Under the pieces are notes generated by a model. That model saw nothing but the letters and a program-made list of their open reading frames with translations. It ran no database searches and had not been told where the DNA came from. From NCBI GenBank assembly GCA_044866005.1, contig JBIOTN010000227.1:1-15343 (forward strand): DNA of 15,343 nucleotides, given 5' to 3'. The position numbers and the translations under genes were made by a program. This DNA is from Candidatus Rokuibacteriota bacterium. Its GTDB lineage: Bacteria; Methylomirabilota; Methylomirabilia; Rokubacteriales; DASRDR01. Below, piece after piece: positions 1 to 6,094 of the stretch. The stretch's first letter is position 1. The number at the start of each line of letters is the position of its first letter.

Positions 1-1
1 C

Positions 2-121
2 GGAGCGGACGTGGCGACGATGCCCTACGCGGTCTTCCAGATGCTCCTCAAGCACCCGCTGACCGACATCGGGCTCAAGAAGTTCCTGGACGACTGGCAG
101 AAGACCGGCCTCAAGATTTAG
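2..121 (+). CDS. tal: 3' end (39 aa, 5'-truncated by the window edge) of a second transaldolase gene copy
   Basis: Frame from position 2 reads [39 protein letters not shown] then TAG (119-121). This is identical in protein sequence to the C-terminus of the 342..992 gene. Confidence 0.85.
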   Translation, partial: GADVATMPYAVFQMLLKHPLTDIGLKKFLDDWQKTGLKI

Positions 122-203
122 CGCCTGCAGGCGGCTCAGGTCCGGGTCGCCGCCGCGGGTCCTGTCGCCGGCTTGCCCCGGTCCGGCCGGGCTCCGTCAC
201 CCG

Positions 204-335
204 TTCGCGCCCTCCCGCAGCTCTGGCGATCTGCGGGAGGAGCGCGAAGGGGTCCCACTGCGCCCCGCCGGCTGCGGGGCGCCGCCGGCGCCACCCGCGG
301 CGGCGCGGAGCGCGGCGTGGGGGCGGCGCCCCCGG
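204..335. other. Cluster of GC-rich stem-loops between the convergent transaldolase stop codons (possible terminator or RNA-stability elements)
   Basis: CCTCCCGCAG (211-220) pairs with CTGCGGGAGG (231-240), extended by TTCGCGC (204-210) with GCGCGAA (242-248). GCGCCCCGC (260-268) pairs with GCGGGGCGC (274-282). A further GGGGGCG/CGCCCCC hairpin lies near 319-333. No U-tract follows any of them. Confidence 0.5.
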
Positions 336-341
336 CCCGGC

Positions 342-992
342 TTAAATCTTCAAACCGGTCTTCTGCCAGTCGTCCAGGAACTTCTTGAGCCCGATGTCGG
401 TCAGCGGGTGCTTGAGGAGCATCTGGAAGACCGCGTAGGGCATCGTCGCCACGTCCGCTCCGGCGAGCGCGGCGTCCACGATGTGGAGGGGGTTCCGAAG
501 GGAGGCGGCGAGGATCTTCGTCTGGAAGCCGTAGTTGTCGTAGATCTTCCGGATCGTCCGCACGAGGTCCATGCCGACGTGGGCGATGTCGTCGAGCCGA
601 CCCAGGAACGGGCTCACGTACGTCCCGCCCGACTTGGCGACCAGCAGCGCCTGCGTCGGCGAGAAGCAGAGGGTCAGGTTCGTCTTGATCCCCTCGCGAC
701 TCAGGATGCGGAGAGCCTTGAGCCCCTCGGCGGTCGTGGGGAGTTTGACGACGACGTTGGGCGCGATCTTCGCCAGCTCGTGTCCCTCGCTCACCATCTG
801 GCTCGCCTCGGTCGCGACCACCTCGAGGTTCACCACGCCCTCGACGATCCGGCAGATCTCGCCCACCAGGTCGCGGAACGGCCGCTTCTCTTTGGCGATC
901 AGGGACGGGTTCGTCGTGACGCCGTCCAGCAAACCCATCGCCGCGACCTCTTGGAGCTCCTGCACGCTCGCCGTATCGAGGAAGATCTTCAT
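342..992 (-). CDS. tal: Transaldolase, small TalC/Fsa family (216 aa)
   Basis: Motifs MKIFLDTA, GVTTNPSL, Schiff-base Lys in VVKLP, NLTLCFS, ILAASLR and HPLTDIGL. Glu in NLEV and Phe in YVSPFLGR are the transaldolase-type residues, not the Gln/Tyr of fructose-6-phosphate aldolase. AGGAGG RBS at 998-1003 (-). Confidence 0.95.
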   Translation of the reverse strand: MKIFLDTASVQELQEVAAMGLLDGVTTNPSLIAKEKRPFRDLVGEICRIVEGVVNLEVVATEASQMVSEGHELAKIAPNVVVKLPTTAEGLKALRILSREGIKTNLTLCFSPTQALLVAKSGGTYVSPFLGRLDDIAHVGMDLVRTIRKIYDNYGFQTKILAASLRNPLHIVDAALAGADVATMPYAVFQMLLKHPLTDIGLKKFLDDWQKTGLKI

Positions 993-1094
993 GACAGCCT
1001 CCTGTGCGGCTCAGTCCCTTCCCCCGCCCCCACCGGCGTGGCGGTCGCCGACACCCTGCCGGCGGGAATGCGGATTCGCCGCGCCATCCAGGGT

Positions 1095-1124
1095 AGTCTA
1101 CTCTCCGTGCGCCGGGCCCAGCAA
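1095..1124 (-). promoter_or_regulatory. Putative sigma70 promoter for tal
   Basis: On the - strand, TTGCTG (1119-1124), 18-nt spacer, TAGACT (1095-1100). Pattern match only. Confidence 0.35.
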
Positions 1125-1157
1125 GGTTCGAGCGTCGCGGGTACCGCGTCGCGGGAC

Positions 1158-1186
1158 TTGACAGCCTGGGAGGCCCGCGAAAAGAT
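1158..1186 (+). promoter_or_regulatory. Putative sigma70 promoter for the dehydratase gene run
   Basis: Consensus TTGACA (1158-1163), 17-nt spacer, AAAGAT (1181-1186, keeps the conserved A2 and T6), 36 nt upstream of the ATG at 1223. AGGAGG lies upstream of the start. Confidence 0.5.
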
Positions 1187-1222
1187 AGGCGGCATTCGGG
1201 CGCCCAGGAGGCTCCAGAGGCG

Positions 1223-2950
1223 ATGACACAGCGCCGGTTGCGCAGCGAGCTCTGGTTCGGCGAGAACGACCTCAGCGGCTTCATCCATCGCGCCTGGCTC
1301 AAGGCCGAGGGCCTGGCGGACGACGTCTTCCGCGGCCGCCCGGTGATCGGGATCGCGAACTCGTGGAGCGAGACGACCAACTGCAACAGCCACCTCCGCA
1401 CCGTCGCCGACCACGTGAAGCGCGGGGTGTGGCGTGCCGGCGGCTTCCCCATGGAGTTCCCGGTCATCTCGCTCGGCGAGGTCCTGATGAAGCCGACGAC
1501 CATGCTGTTCCGGAACCTCATGGCCATGGACGTCGAGGAGTGCATCCGCGCATACCCCTTCGACGGCGTGGTCCTGCTCTCGGGGTGCGACAAGACGACC
1601 CCCGCCATGCTCATGGGCGCCGCGAGCGCCGACGTGCCGGCGATCATGGTCACGGGCGGCCCCATGCTCCGCGGCATGTACGGGACCGAAGAGCTCGGCT
1701 CCGGCACCGACGTCTGGCGGTACTGGGACGAGCTCCGGGCCGGCCGGATCGGCGAGGAAGAGTGGTGCGAGATGGAGAACTGCATCTCGCGCTCCAGCGG
1801 ACACTGCATGGTGATGGGCACCGCCTCCACGATGGCCTCCATGGCCGAGTCGCTCGGCATGACCCTGCCCGGCAACGCCGCCATCCCCGCCGCCGACTCG
1901 CGACGCCTCGCCCTGGCCGAGGCCACCGGCAAGCGCATCGTCGAGATGGTCGCCGAGGACCTCCGCCCCAGCCGCATCCTCACGGGCGGGGCCTTCCAGA
2001 ACGCGATCCGCGTGGACATGGCGATCGGCGGGAGCACGAACGCGATCGTGCACCTCCCCGCGATCGCCGGTCGCGTCGGCGTGCCGCTGCCGCTCGCGCT
2101 CTTCGACCGGATCTCCCGGAGCACGCCGTTCATCGCGAACGTCCGCCCGTCGGGCAAGTACCTCATGGAGGACTTCTTCTACGCCGGCGGCCTCCCGGCC
2201 GTCCTGCGCGAGCTCGCCCCTCTGCTCGAAAACGACGCCCTCACCGTGACGGGGAAGGGCATCGGCGAGAACGTCAAGACCGCGCGCGTCCGGAACCGCG
2301 AAGTGATCGTGCCGCTCGACCAGCCGCTCTCGAAGGAGGGCGGGACGGTCATCCTCTACGGGAACCTCTGTCCGGACGGCGCGGTGCTCAAGCAGACCGC
2401 CGCCTCTCCGGCTCTCCTCCGGCACCGCGGCCGCGCCGTGGTCTTCGAGAGCAAGGCCGCGCTCATGGCGGGGATCAACGACCCGGCCCTCGACGTGGAC
2501 GAGACCTGCGTGCTCGTCCAGAAGCTCGGAGGGCCGAAGGGCGCGCCCGGGATGCCGGAGTGGGGCCAGCTCCCGATCCCTTCGAGCCTGCTCCGCCGCG
2601 GCGTGAAGGACATGGTGCGCGTCTCCGACGCCCGCATGAGCGGAACCTCGTACGGGACGTGCGTGCTGCACGTCTCCCCCGAGTCGGCCGTCGGCGGGCC
2701 GCTCGCCCTCGTCCAGAGCGGTGACGAGATCGAGCTCGACGTGCCCGGGCGCCGGCTCACGCTCCACGTCGCAGAGGCCGAGCTCGCCCGCCGCCGCGCC
2801 CGCTGGACTCCGCCGCCCCCGGCCTTCACCCGCGGCTACGGCAAGCTCTACCTGGATCACGTCACGCAGGCGCACGAGGGCGCCGACTTCGACTTCCTCC
2901 GCGGCGGCCCAGGGCAAGACCTCGCCCCCTATCTCCCCACGAGCCACTAG
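1223..2950 (+). CDS. IlvD/Edd-family [2Fe-2S] dehydratase, sugar-acid (L-arabinonate/D-xylonate dehydratase-like) type (575 aa)
   Basis: Motifs RPVIGIANSWS, cluster cysteines in NCNSHL, GCDKT and GHCMVMGTAST, GGSTNA, GPKGAPGMPE, SDARMSGTSYG and LHVSPE. It ends in a C-terminal His (PTSH), as pentonate dehydratases do. The substrate cannot be determined from sequence. Confidence 0.92.
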   Translation: MTQRRLRSELWFGENDLSGFIHRAWLKAEGLADDVFRGRPVIGIANSWSETTNCNSHLRTVADHVKRGVWRAGGFPMEFPVISLGEVLMKPTTMLFRNLMAMDVEECIRAYPFDGVVLLSGCDKTTPAMLMGAASADVPAIMVTGGPMLRGMYGTEELGSGTDVWRYWDELRAGRIGEEEWCEMENCISRSSGHCMVMGTASTMASMAESLGMTLPGNAAIPAADSRRLALAEATGKRIVEMVAEDLRPSRILTGGAFQNAIRVDMAIGGSTNAIVHLPAIAGRVGVPLPLALFDRISRSTPFIANVRPSGKYLMEDFFYAGGLPAVLRELAPLLENDALTVTGKGIGENVKTARVRNREVIVPLDQPLSKEGGTVILYGNLCPDGAVLKQTAASPALLRHRGRAVVFESKAALMAGINDPALDVDETCVLVQKLGGPKGAPGMPEWGQLPIPSSLLRRGVKDMVRVSDARMSGTSYGTCVLHVSPESAVGGPLALVQSGDEIELDVPGRRLTLHVAEAELARRRARWTPPPPAFTRGYGKLYLDHVTQAHEGADFDFLRGGPGQDLAPYLPTSH

Positions 2951-2969
2951 GACAACAAGGAGAGACCGG

Positions 2970-3134
2970 GTGACGACCCGTCAAATCACGGCGAAGAAGG
3001 GGAACGCCCTCCTCCTCGTCGGCACGCTGAAGGGCGGCAAGCTGTGGGGGTCGCGGGATGGCGGCCGCGCCTTCAGCCTCCTGGCCGACGGCCTCCCGTC
3101 CGTCGTCTGCGTCAAGGCCGCGGTGGTCCGGTGA
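2970..3134 (+). pseudogene. 54-codon remnant of a BNR/Asp-box (sialidase-like) beta-propeller gene, N- and C-termini fused in frame
   Basis: AAGGAG RBS then GTG at 2970. It reads VTTRQITAKKGNALLLVGTLKG|GKLWGSRDGGRAFSLLADGLPSVVCVKAAVVR. LLLVGTxKG resembles the first strand of these propellers, and GxLWxSxDxGxxF...LPxVxxVxA resembles the last blade with an Asp-box. It sits directly upstream of a MoaD/ThiS gene, a pairing I recall for this family. Confidence 0.7.
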
Positions 3135-3201
3135 CCCGGCCCGTGCCGATGCCCTGGGGGTCGGGGGGTCGGTCGTCGGCGAGCCTCACACGGTGACCCG
3201 G
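3129..3201 (+). repeat. 11-bp direct repeat CGGTGACCCGG (3129-3139 and 3191-3201)
   Basis: Exact match. Each copy contains a GTGA start/stop overlap: the first carries the propeller remnant's stop and the second the probable MoaD start. Confidence 0.8.
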
Positions 3202-3477
3202 GTCAGCGTGCACCTCGCCGCGCCGCTCCGCCTGGTCGCCGGCGACCGGGAGCGCGTGGACCTGGACGCGCCGCAGCCGACGGTGGCCGCCGCGCTGGGC
3301 GCGCTCTGGGCCGCGTGCCCGACGCTCCGGGACCCGGTCATGACCGAGCAGGGCCAGGTGCGGCCTCACGTCAACGTCTTCGTCGGCAGCGAGAGCATCC
3401 GCTTCACGGGCGGCCTGGCGACGCCGCTCGGCGACAAGGCCGAGATCTGGATCCTTCCCGCCGTGAGCGGCGGGTAA
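3193..3477 (+). CDS. MoaD/ThiS-family ubiquitin-like (beta-grasp) protein (about 94 aa)
   Basis: Reads VSVHLAAPLR...TVAAALGALWAACPTLRDPVMTEQGQVRPHVNVFVGSESIRFTGGLATPLGDKAEIWILPAVSGG, ending in the diagnostic PAVSGG di-glycine. The GTG start at 3193 is chosen from the domain boundary. Confidence 0.9.
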   Translation: MTRVSVHLAAPLRLVAGDRERVDLDAPQPTVAAALGALWAACPTLRDPVMTEQGQVRPHVNVFVGSESIRFTGGLATPLGDKAEIWILPAVSGG

Positions 3478-3499
3478 GGCGCCCGAAAGGAACGGCCTT

Positions 3500-5125
3500 A
3501 TGCCCCCGCATGGTCTGGCCTATCGCCCCGCCGCAGGCGGCACGCGCGGCGTGGTGACTTCCGCTCACTTCCTCGCCTCGATGGCGGGCGTCGAGATGCT
3601 GCTCGACGGGGGCAACGCGATGGATGCCGCGGTCGCCACGGCGGCCGCCCTGAACGTCGTCGAGCCCTACATGTCCGGGCTCGCCGGTTGCGGCGTCATG
3701 CTCGTCTCCTCCGCCCGGCGCCAGGAGCAGGTCGTGCTCGACTTCACGGGGTTCGCGCCCCGGGCCGCCGACGCGCGGCGCGTGAGGGGCGAGGAGCTCC
3801 GGGTCGGGCCGAAGGCCATCGTGACGCCCGGCAATCTCGGGGGCTGGTTCGCGGCGCTCGAGCGCTTCGGATCGATGCCGCGCGCGCGGGTCCTGGCCCC
3901 CGCCATCCGGCTCGCCGAGGACGGCTTCCCGCTCACCCGCAAGAACTGCGAGTTCTTCGGCAAGGGGGAGGCGCAGCTCGCCGCATCGGAGGAGGCCCGC
4001 CGGATCGTCCTCGGCGGGACGGTCCGCCCCGGCGCCCGGTTCCTGCAGAAAGACCTCGGCCGGACGCTCCGCGAGATCGCCGAGGGCGGCCCTGAGGTCC
4101 TCTACGGCGGCCCGCTCGGCCGCGCCGTCGTCCAGGCCGTCCAGGAGCGGGGCGGCTGGCTCGGCGAGGCCGACCTGGCGGCCTGCCGGCCCGCGTGGCA
4201 GGCGCCCATCGCGGGACGCTTCCGCGAGCTCACGCTCCTGATCCCGCCGCCTCCGTGCTCCGGCTGGCAGCTCCTCCAGACGCTCCACATCCTGGAGGGC
4301 TTCGACCTCGCGGCGCTCGGCCACAACTCGGCTCAGTATCTCCACCTCTTCGTCGAGGCGGTGAAGCTCGCCTCGGCCGACCGCGTCGCCTACGCCCACG
4401 TCAAGGACGTGCCCGTCGCCGGCCTCCTCTCGGAGGCGTACGCTGAGAGCCAGCGCGGGCGCCTGGACTGGGTGCACGCCGGCGTCTCGGGCGGCGAGCG
4501 CTGGAGCCGCGAGCAGCTCGCGCGCGAGATCCTGCCGGGTCACCCGGCCGACTTCGCGAAGGAGCAGACGACCCACTTCGCCGCCGCGGACCCGGACCTG
4601 ACGGTCTCGGTCACTCAGAGCCTCGGCAGCGTGTTCGGCTCCGGCGTCGTCGCCCCCGGGACCGGCGTGTTCCTCAACAACTTCCTCTACTGGACGGACC
4701 TCGACCCCGAGAGCCCCAACCACCTGCGCGGCGGCGAGCAGATCGAGCTCATGCTGACGCCGACCCAGGGATTCCGCGACGGTCGCTGCGTCCTGTCGAT
4801 CGGCACGCCGGGCTCGTTCGGCATCCTCCAGACGACCCCGCAGATGATCCTGAACCACGTCGCGTTCGGCATGGACGTCCAGGAAGCGATCGAGGCGCCA
4901 CGGGTCCGGGCCTACCGCGACCGCGTCCTGGAGGTGGAGGCGCGGATCCCCGAGGCGACGCGCGCCGCGCTGGCGGCGCGCGGCCACGACGTCCGACTGC
5001 TGGACGAGCACGGCGGCTGGTCCTGGGTCGTCGGCGGCGCCCACGGCATCGCGCGGGACCCCGAGTCGGGCGCGCTCGTCGGCGGGGCGGACCCCCGCCG
5101 CGACGGCGCCGCGCTCGCGGTGTGA
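3500..5125 (+). CDS. ggt: Gamma-glutamyltransferase-family Ntn hydrolase (541 aa), no evident signal peptide, atypical substrate pocket
   Basis: Motifs GGNAMDAAVA, NVVEPYMSGLAG, PAIRLAEDGFP, the autocleavage nucleophile in EQTTHF (Thr at 4568-4570), TQSLGSVFGSG, GVFLNN, QEAIEAPR and the C-terminal GGADPRRDG. AAGGAA RBS. Confidence 0.9.
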   Translation: MPPHGLAYRPAAGGTRGVVTSAHFLASMAGVEMLLDGGNAMDAAVATAAALNVVEPYMSGLAGCGVMLVSSARRQEQVVLDFTGFAPRAADARRVRGEELRVGPKAIVTPGNLGGWFAALERFGSMPRARVLAPAIRLAEDGFPLTRKNCEFFGKGEAQLAASEEARRIVLGGTVRPGARFLQKDLGRTLREIAEGGPEVLYGGPLGRAVVQAVQERGGWLGEADLAACRPAWQAPIAGRFRELTLLIPPPPCSGWQLLQTLHILEGFDLAALGHNSAQYLHLFVEAVKLASADRVAYAHVKDVPVAGLLSEAYAESQRGRLDWVHAGVSGGERWSREQLAREILPGHPADFAKEQTTHFAAADPDLTVSVTQSLGSVFGSGVVAPGTGVFLNNFLYWTDLDPESPNHLRGGEQIELMLTPTQGFRDGRCVLSIGTPGSFGILQTTPQMILNHVAFGMDVQEAIEAPRVRAYRDRVLEVEARIPEATRAALAARGHDVRLLDEHGGWSWVVGGAHGIARDPESGALVGGADPRRDGAALAV

Positions 5126-6042
5126 GGCCGCCGCCGATGGCGTCCCTGACGACCGCCGCCGACGTCGAGCAGATCCTGGTCGTCGGGGCCGGCCAGATGG
5201 GCTCGCAGATCGCGATGCAGGCGGCGCTCCACGGCTACGCCGTGGCGCTGAACGACGTCTCCTCCGGCATCCTGGACCAGGCCATGGCGGCGAATCGCGG
5301 TCACCTGGAGCGCCGGGTGGCGAAAGGGCAGCTCACGCGCGACGCCATGGACGCCGCCCTCGGGCGCATCCGGCTCGAGCCCGACCTGGACCGGGCGGCC
5401 CGTGACGCGGATTTCGTGATCGAGGCGATCGTGGAGCGCCTGGAGCCCAAGCGCGAGTGCTTCGCGCGCCTCGACCGGGCGGCGCCGCGGCACGCGATCC
5501 TGGCCACGAACTCCTCGACCCTCGGCAACTCCCTGCTCGCCCCCGCGACCACCCGCCCCGACAAGTGCGTCAACCTGCACTTCTTCTACCCGCCGCTGGT
5601 CATGCGTCTCGTGGAGGTCGTCAAGGGGCGCTTCACCTCCGAGGAGACGCTGACCGTCGCGGCGGAGCTGGTCCGCCGCATGGGGCGCGAGCCGGTGGTG
5701 CTGCGGAAGGAGCTGCCTGGCTTTCTGGTGAACCGGATCCTCCGCGCCATCACCAACGAGGCGTACTTCCTCCTGGAGGAGGGAGTGGCGCCCTTCTGGG
5801 AGATCGACCGAGCGGTCGAGCTGGGGCTCAACTTCCCCATGGGGCCCTTCCGCCTCGGCGATCTCTCCGGCCTCGACATCGGCTACAACGCCCGGCTCGA
5901 GACGTACGAGACCACGAAGAACCCCAAGGACGCGCCGCCGCGGGCGCTCGAGGCTCGCGTCAGGCGCGGCGACCTCGGCCGGAAGACCGGGAAGGGGTTC
6001 TACGACTACTCGCGCACCCCCCCGGAGCCCATCCCCGAATGA
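5122..6042 (+). CDS. 3-hydroxyacyl-CoA (3-hydroxybutyryl-CoA-type) dehydrogenase
   Basis: Rossmann motif VVGAGQMG, DFVIEAIVE, ILATNSST, catalytic His in LHFFYP with Glu in LVEVV, PGFLVNR, PMGPF and LGRKTGKGFYDY. The GTG at 5122 overlaps the ggt stop (GTGA); an alternative ATG is at 5137. Confidence 0.93.
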   Translation: MRPPPMASLTTAADVEQILVVGAGQMGSQIAMQAALHGYAVALNDVSSGILDQAMAANRGHLERRVAKGQLTRDAMDAALGRIRLEPDLDRAARDADFVIEAIVERLEPKRECFARLDRAAPRHAILATNSSTLGNSLLAPATTRPDKCVNLHFFYPPLVMRLVEVVKGRFTSEETLTVAAELVRRMGREPVVLRKELPGFLVNRILRAITNEAYFLLEEGVAPFWEIDRAVELGLNFPMGPFRLGDLSGLDIGYNARLETYETTKNPKDAPPRALEARVRRGDLGRKTGKGFYDYSRTPPEPIPE

Positions 6043-6094
6043 GCCCCCGGGCCGATACGCGTCGCGCCCCGGGTGAGCCGCCGGCCGAACGGCC

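Larger units (their letters stand above)
1..462. repeat. Inverted repeat: 1-121 versus reverse complement of 342-462, with a 220-bp spacer
   Basis: Positions 1-108 match the reverse complement of 355-462 exactly. Overall identity is 117/121. Mismatches are at 109, 110 and 112 (GGC CTC vs GGT TTG, both Gly-Leu) and at 121 (TAG vs TAA). Confidence 0.97.

Noticed and set aside
1..462. Near-identical repeat pair considered as a diversity-generating retroelement template/variable repeat
   Set aside because: The mismatches are silent, not confined to adenines of one copy, and there is no reverse transcriptase in the window.
1091..1104. Short imperfect palindrome GGGTAGTCTACTCT in the divergent promoter region as an operator
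   Set aside because: It has only a 4-bp perfect arm, coincides with a candidate -10 box, has no second copy, and no regulator gene is nearby.
342..2950. Transaldolase plus IlvD/Edd dehydratase considered as a sulfoquinovose (sulfo-TAL or sulfo-ED) pathway
   Set aside because: No sulfoquinovosidase, isomerase, sulfolactaldehyde dehydrogenase or sulfonate exporter is present, and the two enzymes belong to different sulfoglycolytic routes.
5573..5596. LHFFYPP instead of the common MHFFNP in the hydroxyacyl-CoA dehydrogenase
   Set aside because: The catalytic His and Glu are retained, and a single substitution is too weak to claim a new function without an alignment.
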